Of a DNA stretch of 64,000 bases, positions 11,497 to 25,661 are shown piece by piece. Both the position numbers and the translations under genes were made by a program. The DNA lies in the NCBI GenBank assembly GCA_951406725.2, contig OX597814.1, positions 106,268,001-106,332,000 of the forward strand, in the 5' to 3' direction. Every line of letters starts with the position of its first letter. Position 1 is the first letter of the stretch. Under the pieces are notes generated by a model. The model was not told the DNA's origin, searched no databases, and was given only the letters and a program-made list of their open reading frames with translations. This DNA is from Octopus vulgaris (lineage: Eukaryota).

Positions 11497-14400
11497 TGTG
11501 TGCGTATATATATAATCATAATTGCTTTCTTTGTGCTGTTTCACTGTTATTGCTTTCTTCAAGCAAGACTTAATTATTTCTGTGATTTATGAAGGCTGCC
11601 CTTTCACATTGAGCTCGATGAATTTTCATTCACTTCTAGTAACGTCTGTCTTTCATATTACTTGTTGATTTATTCCTCTTCATACGCACACATTCTCTGC
11701 CCCCTTCTTTCTCCCCACCTCTCTCCCGCTTTTTCACACTCTATAATTCACACAAACACACACACACACAAACACAAACATGCTCTCACCAAATACACAC
11801 ACACACACAAACACACAAACTGTTTTTCACTGTTATTCTTTCTTCTTGTTCACCACCTCTCACTACTTTCTTTCGTTATTTCTGTCTCCTTCCTCTCCTG
11901 CTCTCTGCCTTTCTTTTTTTTTTTATCCTTCCGCCCCTCCATTCTCCATCGCTCCCGTCCTAAGACATTCATTCAAAGTAATCCAAATTTTAATGACATG
12001 AAAATATGGCGTGCATACATAACGAGCAAAAGGTGGCAAAGTAAGGCTTCGATGATCTGAGTTGGAGGAGGAGAAGGTGGTGGTGGTGATGGTGGTGGTG
12101 GTGGTGGCGGCGGCGGTGGTGGTGGTGGTGGAACGGTGGGGGAGAAGAGGTTCAGGCTGCGTAAGAGGTAAAGGAGAAGGATAAAGAGATGAAAGAAAAT
12201 CGGGGCTGGAAGAAGGGAAGAGAAAATAATAAAAATATTTGTGAGTAATGAACTGATAATGAGAGAGGAGGAGGAGATGAAGAAAATAAGATTGTAAATA
12301 AGAAGAGAGGGGGAAGGAGGAGGAGGAGGAGGGAATTAATTTTGCGAGAGTGTGTGTAATTTATGAGCATGTAGGGTATGTACACACACATACATGTACA
12401 CACACGCACGTACACACGCACGCACACACACACGCAGATACACATACACACACACACACATATACGTAAAGGGAAAGAGAGAGAGAGAGAATAATTGAAC
12501 TGAAAGCAAGTGGGAGGAGGAGGTAGGGAAGGTGTTTAAGAATTAGGGACCAATATGAAGGGTGACGACAAAGACGGGTTGAGAGATGAAGGAGGAGGAT
12601 AAGCAATGGAGAGGGAACGATAGAGAGAGAGGAAGAGAGAACGAGAGGAAGAGAGAGAGAGAGTGAGTCTTTCGTGAGAAAGAGGGAAAGAGCTCTAAAA
12701 TAAGAATGTATGAAAAAGGGGAGAAAGAAAAACGAGGAATGAGTAGGAGGAAAAGGATGAGGAGAGAATAAAAGGTAGAAAGAGAGAAGAGAGAGATTGA
12801 TAGAGAGGAAGGGAGAGACTGCTAGAGATGAAGGGAGAGAGTTGGAGGTTGGATGCACAGAGGAAAATATAAGAAAAAACAGAGAGGAAGGAGAAAAGAA
12901 GAGAAAGAGGAGGAAAGGAGTGAACTGCGAAGAGAAGGACATCGGAAAGAATGCTAGAGAAAGGGGTTGAGAACGAGTTTGTAGAATAAAAACAGCAGCT
13001 TTTCAGACACACAGACAGACAAACGATATGTCAAGAGAGAAAAAAAAATTAGGAAATTAAATCAAACAAATGTAAAATATTGTAGGGGCATTTGATGTTG
13101 TTTATTTGGTGAAAAGTTGGAATTTGCGATTAGAGGAAGAAAAACAATAAAGTTAATCTGTTAAAGAGACGCCAACACCAAAAGTGCGTTAAAATGTCAC
13201 ATTTTTTGATCGTATAAAACTAAACGACACCCAATGAGCTGACAGGAAGTTAGAAGTATAATTTAAGATTATGGACGTAAAAGACACCGTGATTCCCATT
13301 GAAACAATCTGTGTATCGCTTCAAAATCACGATGTTTAAACGAAGAAGAAACAAAAACAAATGAAAGCCACGACATAGAATGGAAGTTCTAAAATAGAAA
13401 ACAGCGAGAAGTGACTAATAAAAGGAAATCTGAAATAAAACAGATGCGAATAACCTATAATTTATAAATGATACAACAGAAAATGAAGTGTCTTTAAAAG
13501 TATATTAGAAGTATATTGAACTCTTTAAAATAATTGAAATCGTCTCTGAGACAGAGCAAGTCATTTTACAGAGATGATTATAATACCAATGTTCAGTCTA
13601 CGAGTAATTGGCTGGTTTATATTTTTACGAGGTGAATTGTTCTTGTAAATTTGACAACTTCATCATTACATCTTCTGCTATATTTTCCTGTAAAGTCACC
13701 GTAATTTGGAAATCTCACAATTTGCTGTATTTTCTTCAACTTCGACAATCCAATTTAAATAATTTGTCTGTTATTTACGACAATAAATAACAGACAAATC
13801 TTCTCGCAGAGATTATGTACTTCTCATACTTGTCATATTCTCAGAATATCTGCGATATATTCTTCGTGCCATTTCTATATATATTCAACGTGAGACATGT
13901 TTTGGATTTGCGATACGAGAGCCTTAGTTGTATATCATTTCAGTGATCCTTTAGTATTTCCATGAATGTCCTTATTCTAGCATTTGGTAGCTCTTTTCTT
14001 AAGACCCTGTCACCTTGATATGAAACATTTTGTTACAGAGTACCCAGATTTAACCACTGAACATTCTCTCCACAGCGTTCTCCATTTCTCTCTCTATAAC
14101 ATTGCTTTCTTACCAAGACACAAGACGCCATTACAAGGCGTCAAGAGGTGGATACCGGTGAAGGTAGATTACTGATACCCTGGTACATAGCTTATTAATT
14201 CTTCCAAAGAAAGATGTGATCCCTACTGACAGGGATTTAGAACATAGAGAGATCTAATGAAATAATAAAAGCCTTACATTATTTCAGTTAATCAGTCGCC
14301 TTTTACAACTATTTCTTCATATTCGAAATAGAAGTTTCCTCCGCTTTTCTTTTCCTTCTTTTCTTATTTACCTACACATGTCTAATCGTCCCACTGGCGG

Positions 14401-15729
14401 CAATCTTCTCCGTTCCTTGAATTCCTAGCTATTGATCCAATGCTTTATATTTCATTAGGTTCTTGACCCCTTCGAAACAATAAACTGAATTGCCTTTATT
14501 TGAGATCGAACTGCTACTACGTTTTCATGTACAGAAACCTAAAAATAGTAATTCTACCCTTAAAAACACAGGGGTGGCTCCGTGTGCTAAGAAGTCTGCT
14601 TTCCGACCACATGGTTTCGGGTCCCATCCCATTGTCTCACAAATTCCCATTCATAAAATAAAAATCTTCGATGGGTTCAAAATAATTGAAAGGTTAACAT
14701 CAAGTTGCTAGCATAGTTTTTTTTATCGCGTGTGTTTTGTATGTGTGTAGTTGTGTGAGGTGGATGTTGATCAGAGTCGAGATAAGACCGAACAACAGAG
14801 AGAGAAAGAGAGAGAGAAAAGAAAGAGAGAGAGAAAAGAAAGAGAGAGAGAGAGAGAAAGAGAGAGAGGGGGAGAAATAGAGGAAAGGAGATAATGACGA
14901 GATATAAATATTTGGGGTGAGAACGAAGTTGAGAGTCAGGGAGAGAGAGTGTGTGCATCTGTGTGCATGCGTTTGTGTGTGTGTGTGTGTGTACGTCTGT
15001 TTGTTGTTGTGTGTGTGTGTGTGTGCGAGCCTGTGTGCGTGTGTGTGAGAGAGACAGACAGACAGAAAGAGATTTATAAGAATATGTTTAATACTTATAA
15101 TGTCTTATGCTTAAGTAAAAGAATGCTAGCGTCAAAGGAGCTCCTCCTGAGAGATACTGTATGTTAAATACACACCTCTCTCCGAAGACGTCAGCTGCCC
15201 GTCAGACACCGGCGTTTCATCTTCCCTACCGCGGTTTGTAGTCGGCGTTAGTAATGGGAATATTGGATACTGAATGGTTAATACAAACATTTGTTCTATT
15301 GGCAATTGGTTCGACAATATGAAAGTAAACCCAACCATTTTAAATGTAGAGACGGATGCAGGCACACAGACATACATACAGGCCAATACAACCAACCAAT
15401 GACAAATCGGGAAAATAATCGCTTGTGAAATAATGTAAGATGTTTTCTAAAAACAAATGGGTAATATTGTTAGAAAGAGTGAATTATTTTCGAGTATTGA
15501 TTTAAATGATGTCCTATTCAGGAACTCTAAAATCATTTAAAATGTCGTTAGATTAGCGAAATCCCTACTTCCTTTCTGTTTTGTCATTCTTGGTGAGATT
15601 TGGTAAAAGCCAATCGTTTTTGTCCTTGGCTAGTATACAAAATCTGTTGTCTAGTTTAACGTCATCCCCTGGTCCAGACTCGGTGGCTCTACAAATGGTC
15701 ATAGTGTATAATATTGATTTAAGTTTCGA

Positions 15730-15897
15730 GGGAGAGGGTACATCGATTACATCGATCCCCCAGTGTTCAGCTGGTACTTATTTTATCGACGCGGAAAGGA
15801 TAAAACGCAAGAATTTGAACTCAGAACGTAATGACGGACGAAATACTGCTAAAGCATTTCTCCCAGCGCTCTAACAGTTCTGCCAGCTCACCACCTT
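15730..15897 (-). mobile_element. Degraded SINE (GGCGAGCTGGCAGAA family)
   Basis: Reverse-complement similarity to 38092-38320. Confidence 0.75.
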
Positions 15898-16439
15898 ATC
15901 ACCCTGCTATGATATTGACCTTTAGACCTTGTAAAACTTAAACGAGATTTACTACGTGGAAGGGTGAACTTATACAATATGCGATTAACTTCCAATGTGA
16001 TCCAGTTCGGTGATATTTCTAAACTGATGTTATTTTATTGTTGTTAGCCATCCGCCCACAACATTGGATGCTGCGCTTATCATCAAAAACATTCCATTCT
16101 GTAACAATTCCAGAGACTCACCAGATCAGTTTAACATTTAATTCCAGTGACCCAAAAGATTCAGATTCCATACAGTAGAGTATCATTTGAGGGCGAGTCG
16201 TGTTCTGTTTCTAACATGTGGACAGTTAACTTCAAAAGCACCGCCATCATTGTAAATTGTCTGCTATGGTCGGTGCCTGGGCGTTATATATTTATGGCAT
16301 GAATATAAATTAATCATCGTCATCGTCATCATCATCTTCATCACCATCATTTAACATCTGTTTTCCTTGCTGGTAAGGGTTGGACTGTTTGACAGGGTCC
16401 CGCAAGTAGCAGACGTTTATTGACATAATATATATATGT

Positions 16440-17010
16440 ATGCAAATATTTTGTAATTATAAACATAATTATAATTATGGTTCAGCTAACTGCTTCACTC
16501 CATACCGAAATTAAGAAAAAGGAGTTAAAAATTCCTTTTCTACTTCTATAAGAATCTCCATGACAGTAACATACTTTTTTTACGAAGGCAAAGAGAAAAA
16601 CAATAAATCAGCACGACCAGGATTAACTATATACGCGTTTCGACATTAAAGTGATTTCAATTTTACTTACTTCTCTCTTCAGTATAATATCTCCAATTGT
16701 AAAATTTGAAGTGCTTGGGTTAAATAGGCGCAGGATCGAGAGACATCATGTAACAGATATCCAACCAACACTTCCAAAATTTTGTAGTAGCAGAAAAGGA
16801 ATTTTAACTCCTATTTCTAAATTCGGTATGTGGTGAAGCAATTAGCTGAACCCTAATTATAATTATGTTTATAATTATAAAATATTTGTATAATTTTACC
16901 TATAAAGGTTATTTTAACGTGCCGATCTACTTGGTAAAATTATTAATTAATTGATTGAATTATTAATTAATTTAATTGGTAAATTTTACCCTTTTATTAT
17001 TAATTAAAAA
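16440..17010 (-). mobile_element. TA-anchored element with ~110-bp inverted arms around a hammerhead (PLE/retrozyme-like)
   Basis: 16440-16550 is inverted relative to ~16784-16892, and (TA)-rich tracts lie on both sides. Confidence 0.7.
16626..16688 (-). ncRNA. Minimal type-I hammerhead motif
   Basis: Minus strand reads ATTATA-CTGAAGA-GAGA...TGTC-GAAA-CGCG-TA-TATAGT, with palindromic stem III ACGCGT and triplet GUA. Stem II has a mismatch. Confidence 0.7.
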
Positions 17011-17130
17011 ATATGTATGTATATATATATATATAAATATATATATATACATACATTCATATGTATATGATATGCTCCATACTTTTAACACATAAAAACA
17101 GAAAAATGTAATGGTATATCTTTTTTTTTA

Positions 17131-17208
17131 CCTCTGACGAGATTCAACTATATAATGATTGAATTATTTCAATTAAATTCTAAAGGCTGAATCGATACAG
17201 CTGTCGGG
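17131..17208 (+). ncRNA. Hammerhead motif, probably inactivated (GAAA changed to GATA)
   Basis: Reads CCT-CTGACGA-GATTCA...TGAATC-GATA-CAGCTG-TC-GGG, with (TA)n starting ~30 nt later. Confidence 0.7.
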
Positions 17209-17233
17209 GATTATGTCTAGTGTTGTTATTTAT

Positions 17234-17283
<50 letters not shown>

Positions 17284-17286
<3 letters not shown>

Positions 17287-17487
17287 TAATCCCTCGAATT
17301 TTCACCTATCGCGGGTGTTCGCCGCGATAGGTGAAAATCCGAGAAATAGAAACAGTACTGTACTGTATATTTTTTATGATTATTTTTATAATTTGTATTT
17401 ATTTATTTTATTAGAAATGCAAAACAACACCACAGAGGAATCTACGTAAGCTTAAATAATAAACCGCGATATGGCGAGGGACTACTG
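17284..17487. mobile_element. pogo/Tigger-like MITE
   Basis: TIRs CAGTAATCCCTCG and CGAGGGACTACTG (one mismatch), flanked by TA. Confidence 0.85.
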
Positions 17488-18534
17488 TATGTACACACAC
17501 ACACACACACACAAACATAAAACCAATATTTCACTCACACTTCATATTTATGGCCTATATTTGTTTTATAAGCTTTCTTAATGAATTCTCGTCTCGTCGT
17601 CGAATGTCTCACTAACAATATCTTTCTTTTAAGTCACACTTCTATCACGTGGTTTGTTTATTTTTCTCTCAACATCTCTCAATATAACCATTGAATTGTT
17701 TCGACTCAGATGCCGCCGTGGTGTGTCTGCTTCCACAACTAGTCTAACCCTTCTTTTCCACAGCGACGTATGTTGCGGAGTGTTTTGCTGTAGTGGGAAC
17801 CAAACATGACTGGAATATTTACTCATTCAATGAAATAACAGACTTTTCTTTTTCTTTTTTTTTTTTTTTTGAATAATGGGTCAAATTGCTATTCGCTGCC
17901 GATCATTAAATATCAGTAGATAATAATCAATAAAAACAATATAATTAAATGTAAGGTAATTAAGTCAAATTACATTGCTTGTTCAATAAAATATTTTCCA
18001 ATAATTTATTTATTCATTTCTCTTTTGATTGCATATAAGATATTATGATGTTTATCGTTTTTATACAATGAAGAAGAATGAAGAAATTCTAATGAGAGAG
18101 AAAATGCTGTATGAACAGTGGAATATTTATTCTTCGTATTTTTTTAATGGAAAACTTACTCAAAAGAAGCTTTGTCTAAGTATGACAGAAATGTTTTATT
18201 AATAATCTCCATTAATTACCAATCGTTGTTCTTCTTTACACACATCTCTCTTTATACTCGACTGTTGGTCTGTCTGTCTGTCTATTTCAATCTCGTCTCC
18301 ATTAACGCTCACAAACATTTAATCGTCCTCAATTCGTCAATTCGTCGCAATTGACGGTGTAGAACCAGTCCTTACACAGCTAATCGAACTTCTACGTCAC
18401 CACTCGAAACTTATAGTAAGAGAAGGCGAATTCCTTCGAATCACGCCTAAGGGTTCAAAAAAGGAAAGGACGATCAGGGCGGGAAAGATTATGGGTTTGT
18501 TTGAGTGACCTAGGGTTAAATACCATCAATATTT

Positions 18535-18763
18535 AATTCTTTATTGCCCACAAGGGGCTAAACATTGAGGGGACAAACAATGACATACATAGGTATTAAG
18601 TTGATTACATCGACCCCAGTGCGTAACTGGTACTTATTTAATCGACTCCGAAAGGATGAAAGCAAAGTCGACCTCGGCGGAATTTGAACTCAGAACGTAG
18701 CGGCAGACGAAATACCACTAAGCATTTCGCCCGAAGTGCTAACGATTCTGCCAGCTCGCCGCC
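18535..18763 (-). mobile_element. Full-length SINE (GGCGAGCTGGCAGAA family, Nin/Deu-like central domain)
   Basis: Reverse complement of the 38092-38320 type, with a degenerate 19-bp TSD (TTAAATACCATCAATATTT / TTAAATAACATTAATATTT). Confidence 0.88.
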
Positions 18764-19132
18764 TTAAATAACATTAATATTTTCACTCAGAACTTCAGAA
18801 GAGTGGACCACTCAAGTAGCGGTTCATTAGTTGATTGTTTGCTTCGTGTCACATCGCTGCGTTCTTGGCCAGAACATTCTCAACAACCCAACTAATTTTC
18901 CTAGTCTAGACGCTGGTCACGCTTCATTAAAATTCTCTTCTTTCAAACACTTTATTTATTGCTTACTTACGAAGGGAGGACCCTTAATTATTTTTTTCTC
19001 AGGGATCCCCACACAGGTGGAAGAAATAAGGGAGTTTTTCCGCAAGCCAGAGATTTAGCTCAAACTACTAAAACTTACTTAACTCGGCTTGAGGGTCAGG
19101 TGAGAGTGGTAGTGGTGGTGTTAAGTTGAGCA

Positions 19133-19742
19133 ACGGTGAGCTGGCAGAAACGTTAGCACGCCAGGCGAAATGCTTATCGGTATTTCGTCTGTTGCTACGT
19201 TCTGAGTTCAGATTCCGCCGAGGTCGACTTTGCCTTTCATCCTTTCGGGGTCGATAAATTAAGTACCAGTTACGTACTGGGGTCGATATAATCGACTTAA
19301 TCCGTTTGTCTGTCCTTGCTTGTCCTCTCTGAGTTTAGCCCCTTGTGGGTAGTAAAGAAATAGGTATTTTGTCTTCCGCTACGTTCTGAGTTCAAATTCC
19401 GCCGAGGTCGACTTTGCCTTTCATTCTTTCGGGGTCGATTAAATAAGTACCTATTTCTTTATTACCCACAAGGGGCTAAACATAGAGGGGACAAACAAGG
19501 ACAGACATAGGTATTAAGTCGATTACATCGACCCCAGTGCGCTACTGGTACTAAATTTATCGACCCCGAAAGGATGAAAGGCAAAGTCGACCTCGGCGGA
19601 ATTTGAACTCACAACGTAACGACAGACGAAATACGGCATAAGTACCAGTTACGCACTGGGGTCGACATAATCGACTTAATCCGTTTGTCTGTCCTTGTTT
19701 GTCCCCTCTGTGTGTAACCCCTTGTGGGCAGTAAAGAAATAA
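19133..19742. mobile_element. Compound SINE array (forward full, forward partial, inverted, forward partial)
   Basis: Four pieces of the same family, with an inverted block at ~19450-19637. Confidence 0.85.
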
Positions 19743-20039
19743 GATACATCATCTGTCATGATGCCACGCCGCTTAGAAATACCCCAAGAAATCTTGTCCG
19801 GTGGTTTTACAAACTGCTTCACTATCTTGATATTTATTTTAACGACGTGAAAAGAAGGAAATACAAAATTGGTTCCGGTGGGATTTAATCTCAAAGCGCA
19901 AAAGCATGCGCCGCAATATTGTTCCAACGATCAACGGACTGTGTTAATTTATTGCATGGAAGACTGGGAAATGTTTCGTATTTATCCTCGTGTTTCTGTC
20001 GGACGATGATCGTGTCGTATAATTAATTTAGATTTTCAT

Positions 20040-20900
20040 TGGATTATAACGTAATTATTTGCCATTGTTTGCATGTAATTTCCTATATCCTGTCAAAGAC
20101 CCTCCCTGCTTTGTCTGTAAATTATCCAATCTTTTGCTCCATTGGCACCACTCTTCTTTCTCTATAACGTAACACTATGCAGGAAATATTCATGATAAAA
20201 ACTCTAAGACACCTTTTCGACACCTTTTCTCTCGTCCATAGTAATTTTGTCATTAGTGCTTTGTAGACTTTTCCCATTAAATATTTACTCCGACATTTTG
20301 TTAATGTTTGTTCAATGAACGGTTATTGGTGTTGGCAATACAAATAAGTGTTGTTGTATTAGACATCTAATTCCAGTGGATCATTACACCAATAGATTGA
20401 AAACAATGCCTTCACATGCATATTGAGCGTGTAATTAGGAAACCCAGAATAGTTAACAATACCTGCAGTTTCCCATTTCCTTCCTAATTTAGTCTCTGCT
20501 TCTCTCCTTATCATTGTTCATGTATATTTGGGCCATACTTGTTTTCCTATGATTAAATGTACTTTTACAGTTGGTTCTTTTCAGTTCATTTTTTTTTACA
20601 GAAATCTATTTACTTTCATTTCGTGGTGTTAATTCTTAATTCCTTATAACATAAATAAATTTTCTCTCTTTTGGTGGATTAGCTTTTGTATCTATGCCAG
20701 TGGCTGTTTTTTTTTTTTTCTTGTACAAATTCTTTCTTATAATGACTGCTATCCCTCGCCACATTATTTATAAAATTCTCAACTTACTCATTTCAATTCA
20801 ACAGACGAAATTGCATCTATTTCGGTAAATACTCTATTCCTGGTATTTATTCCTAACATTTGAAGAAATGTTTCGTTTTCTGTCAGCTTCACTTTATCAT
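20040..20900 (-). pseudogene. Possible highly degraded AP-endonuclease-type LINE fragment
   Basis: Minus-strand pieces resemble APE motifs (GIN...IDAI...E.K and G.GIAVIIRKN) but contain many stops. Confidence 0.35.
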
Positions 20901-21344
20901 TTCACTTCTTTTGTTTCTATGGGGAGCGGGGGGTCTAACAAATTCATCTTTTGGAAGTGCAACTTGGTGGCTTCATATCGAGATAAACAGCGTACGACCT
21001 TGAAGGTAGGGCCTAGTTAAAATTTTTTCAGGTCGAGTAGCCCACCTTGTACAAGAGGTCCCCGAATCAGGGTTGTTTAAGGATCATGAACGAAACACGC
21101 TTCCAGAAGTGAATTATTTAAATCGCAAATAATCCATTTCAATACATGGCTATGATGCTCTCCTACAATTCCTGTTCATGAACAGAGACAATTGAAAAGC
21201 AAACCTGCGGTATTGAGTAGAATATTTGCTGTAACCCATCTTTTACACCAAGACAATACATGCACGCAATAACACTTCGAATAAGTTAAGATCAGAAGCC
21301 ATTAGAGTCACATCTTAGTAATGGATAAGGAAATACATTATTAT

Positions 21345-23170
21345 TTGTTTTTTCTTCTTTCTTCAAATTTACTGTAGACGCCTTGAGATGCCACATTTTT
21401 TCAATTTCTATTAGCAAGTCTTTATATTTACTGGTCTTTTAGCCCTGAGCTTCGTAACCATTGGTGCGTGTGTTTCTGGTCGACATTAGCTTGTTTGCTA
21501 TGGGCCACATACTTGCCATGCAGAGGTTTCTGTTCCCATCTGCAAGCTAATTTTCATGTGCTTTTGTCTTTGCAATTAATTTTATTTTCTTTGTAGCTGC
21601 AGTTGGCGTATTCACTTCAGCCTGATCAATCTGGTGGGTATCTAAGAAATCAGCAGCGAATTTTTTGCTCTCTTTGAGAATAGAGTGAAGTTTTTTCGGT
21701 CTTTCATGTTTTTCGACACAAGTTTTAGCATCCAATCGTTGGTTGCTTCAAGGTATTTGGCCAGTCCCATTGTGGTGGTTTTGGACGTAAGTTCAGGCTG
21801 GATCAAACCTCGTCCTCCCTGAAAGTAAAGACGATCCACGTCTGCCTTTGGATGGTGCATCTTATTACTAGTCAGTAGGTTGCGGATTTTTCTGTCAATT
21901 TTCTTTATTTCACTGGTATTCCAATTAAGCACATTGAAGCTATAAAGAACAACTGGGACTGCTAATGAATTTATGGCTAACACCTTATTATATGCAATCA
22001 GCTCAGATTTCAGGATTGCTCGAGCTCTTCTATAACATTCCTTCCTAACCTTCTCTTTCATGCTTGCATGCTGGATACCAGAGCCTTCATTTATTCCTAG
22101 GTATTTATAGGTTTGTTCCTTTATTACTGTTTCGACATCTAATTCGATTGAACTAGACCTTACCACGTCTGCCTTTGGATGGTGCATCTTATTACAAGTC
22201 GGTAGCTTGTAATATCGTGAGTTTGTACTCTTTGTCAAGTCACAACAAGGACCTCAGACAGACAGTACTTTACGCAATATTCGTGCAGTTCTAAGTAATG
22301 CTGACTTTTGCAATACATCTAGATTGTAGAGTATTTATAAGGTTTTCAGATGTTTCTTTCAGATTGGTTGGTATTGAACCCAATGCTCCGATGACAATAG
22401 GGATAACCTGTATGTTTGATTCTCGTAGCTGCCACATCTTAGCGAATCCTGTTGTTGTTATTTTCCAGTTGTGTTGTTTCACAGAATTAGTGTTATGGCA
22501 CAGCGATCCATAACCCACCGTCTGAGACGAGCAATAGTTTATACCTTCAATATAACCGCGTCTTTCTACTATTCATATCTTTTCTTACTTTGTCTTGAAA
22601 ACTTTACTTATAATTCTTGCTCAACCAAGTAGGACCTTTCTACACCCTCCCCTCCAGATTAAGATCAAATTCTTCTAGGTTTACTCTAAAATCTTTTGTT
22701 ACCGTTTTCAAAGGTTCAAAAGATAATCGGCAGATTATGACCTTCTTAACTGTTTGTTTCAGTTGTTCAAGATTTCATTCTTCAAATTGGTATAACACTC
22801 CCGCTCCGGTGTTGTTTCTGCTGGCATTAACATTGCAAGGTATCAAGTTATACCTGCCAATTTTAAATATCTTGCACGTGTCTTATAGTCTTGGTTGAAG
22901 TCAAGCGTACAGGCTTTCTGTAGAAGCAGGAAAGTTATCCCAATATCCAATATCCCCAATTAGCAATTGTTTCTAAATTTCCTATTAAAATTGGGATAAT
23001 GGTAAGTTTACAACAATTCCAGATTCCTTCATATTTTAGTTCATATTTTAGTTCATATTTTAGGTCCTGATATTTGTCTATTATCTCGCGTTCTTTGTTT
23101 ACCATTCTTACGTAAAGAAACAGACGACTCTTTTCTCTTTATTGAGTAAGACAATATTATTGTTGTTTGT
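21345..23170 (-). mobile_element. Stack of degraded R4/Dong-type (RLE) LINE fragments
   Basis: TYKYLGI...KECYRRARAILKSEL...NKVLAINSLAVPV...MHHPKADVDRLY...GGRGL, followed by separate C-terminal pieces such as IPIVIGALG...LQKSALL. Confidence 0.85.
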
Positions 23171-23232
23171 GTTGTTCTGGTTGCTGTATTATCCTCTTCA
23201 TCGGTATTATCTTCGCCACTGGCGTTGTTAAA

Positions 23233-23265
<33 letters not shown>

Positions 23266-23309
23266 GTCGGTATTATTATTATTATTATCATTATTACTAT
23301 TATTACTTT

Positions 23310-23932
23310 TTTTTTTCTTCTTTCAAATTTTCTTCCATTTCTTGCCGAGTGTCTTCCCGACTCCTAGGGCAAAGAAACTCATAGTGTATATTGGTAGGCC
23401 ATTAAACCAAACTCAGTAGTTCGTTCATTTTTTTTTTTTTTTTTTAAAGTTAAATTAAAATGCATGAGCAGCAACAGTTCTGACATCGACAATGCTCTTC
23501 TCAATACGTGTGATGTACCAGTTAAGACAATCTTTTGCACTTCTTGCAGGGATGGTAAGCCAGGGATCATCCTCATATAATTTTCGGTTCCCTTCTTGAT
23601 CATTCCTAGTGCTCCTACGATCACTGGTATTGTAACCGCCTTGAGATGCCACATTTTCTCAATTTCAATGAGTAGGTCTTTATATTTTCTGAGCTTGTCA
23701 AACTCTTTCGCTGAGATATTATGATCACAGGGGATGCTCATGTCGATCAATAAGCAAACTTTATTGTTTTGGTCTTTCACAACAATATCTGGTTTATTGG
23801 CCTTGATGGTTCGGTCTGTATGTACTGGAAAGTCCCACAGAATGGTTACATTTTCTCCTTCAGTTACAGCCTCAGGGTGGTGATTATACCACTTGTCGGC
23901 AGTTTTGATATTGTAATGCCGACTTATTAGCC
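23310..23932 (-). mobile_element. R4/Dong-type LINE 3' end (restriction-like endonuclease) between (ATT)n tracts
   Basis: LWDFPVHTDRTIKANKPDIVVKD...CLLIDMSIP...KYKDL.IEI.KMWH...IPVIVGALG, with (ATT)n at both ends. Confidence 0.92.
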
Positions 23933-23988
23933 ATTATTACTATTATTATTATTATTATTATCATTATTATTATTATTATTATTATCAC

Positions 23989-24051
<63 letters not shown>

Positions 24052-24067
24052 CATATTCGTAATATTA

Positions 24068-24305
24068 AGGCTGCATGCCGGAAAAATCGTTAGTGAGCCG
24101 GACAAAATGCTTTGCTGCATTTTGTTCGTCTTTACGTTCTGGGTTCAAATTCCATTCTAAGTTCAAATTCTATTCCGAGTTCAATTTCCACCGATTTTAC
24201 CTTCCATCCTTTCGGGGCCGATAAAATAAGTACCAGTTGAGCATCGGGATCGATGTAATCGACCCCCTCCCCCACCCTTCAAAATTTCAGACCTTGCGCC
24301 TATAC
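24068..24305 (+). mobile_element. Degraded SINE
   Basis: Similar to the 38092-38320 family. Confidence 0.7.
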
Positions 24306-24329
24306 ACTAAAGGACCATCGTTATTATTA

Positions 24330-24960
24330 TTTATATCGGAGACAAATTTTGTGAGTTGAAACCCAACAAGCATATCCCAACCAATCAATGTTCTTCTCAC
24401 ATCTTTGTTATCAGTTCCATTTTTGAGCAACTTCCAAGAAATGCAGTTTTGTTTTTTTGTTTTTCTTCGACCTTCTTCAAGATTTCATTTTCTTCATTGA
24501 ATCTACCGAGAACCTCCACTACAAATGATACATTTTTTGCTATAACCTACTGCTCCACACATTTACAAATTCTTTCAAATTTTGGCAATTTCTGAAACTT
24601 ATTGCCGATAACAATCTCAGCCCTTTTACCTAAATCACTTGATCACAATGGAACCAAAATAGCACAGAAAGTTAACACACTTTTCCACGGCATTCGTCGC
24701 TGTTTATAGCATCAATCAATTCTTTATAAATTCTATATTTTGACAAGGCTTCTAATAAATAATGGAAGGTTGTCCTGCCTTCTTCTTTTGCATTCTCTTT
24801 CTATAATTTTACGGCCTTCTTTCACAATGTAGTTAAAACATCCACTTTTTTCACTACAAAGTTTATGTGTGGTTGAACTTTCGTAACGCTGTGACATTTC
24901 AACATAGTTTGTTCCAAGTGCTTGTTTTTCAGCCAAGCAAACGTTCCAGTTCCAATGCTT
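24330..24960 (-). mobile_element. Degraded R4-type LINE C-terminal fragment
   Basis: Remnants AEKQALGTNYV...LCSEK...ECKRRRQD of the zinc-knuckle/RHD region. Confidence 0.6.
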
Positions 24961-25207
24961 AAATCAAATATTCGAATCTGCCACCATCATTATTTTGCCC
25001 GCGAGCCGTGAGAAAAAGGACATTACGTTCGGAGCGAATCTTTTGAGAGGGAACGATTTCTAAAACCTCTGGTATCTTATGTCTGTGTCGAGACTGCAAC
25101 AAACCCACGCTTCAATATTCATAATGTATCATGGACCGGTCTATACTGTGTGTTTTTGTTTTTGTTGTTGATTAATTCATCAGTTGACGTAATAAAAAGA
25201 CATATTA

Positions 25208-25661
25208 CTCTTTTACTCTTTAACTTATTTCAGTCATTTGACTGCGGCCACGCCGGAGCACCTTTAGTCGAAGAACTCGACCATAGGACTTACACTTTGT
25301 AAGCCTAGTACTTATTCTATCGGTCTCTTTTGCCGAACCGGTAGCTTACGGGGATGTAAACACACCAGAATCGGTTGTCAAGCGACGTTGGGGGACAAAC
25401 ACAGACTCACAAACATATACACACTCACACACACACATAATACATACATACATACATACATACATACATACATACATACATACACACACACACATATACG
25501 ACGGCCTTCTTTCAGTTTCCGTCTACCAAATCCACTCACAAGGCTTTGGTTGGCCCGAGGCTATAGTAGAAGACACTTGCCCAAGATGCCACGCAGTAGG
25601 ACTGAACCCGGAACCATGTAGTTGGTAAGCAAGCTACTTACCACACAGCCACTCCTGCGCC
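25208..25661 (-). mobile_element. Full-length microsatellite-containing SINE
   Basis: Reverse complement of 61727-62202 with an internal (CATA)n/(CA)n tract. Confidence 0.9.
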
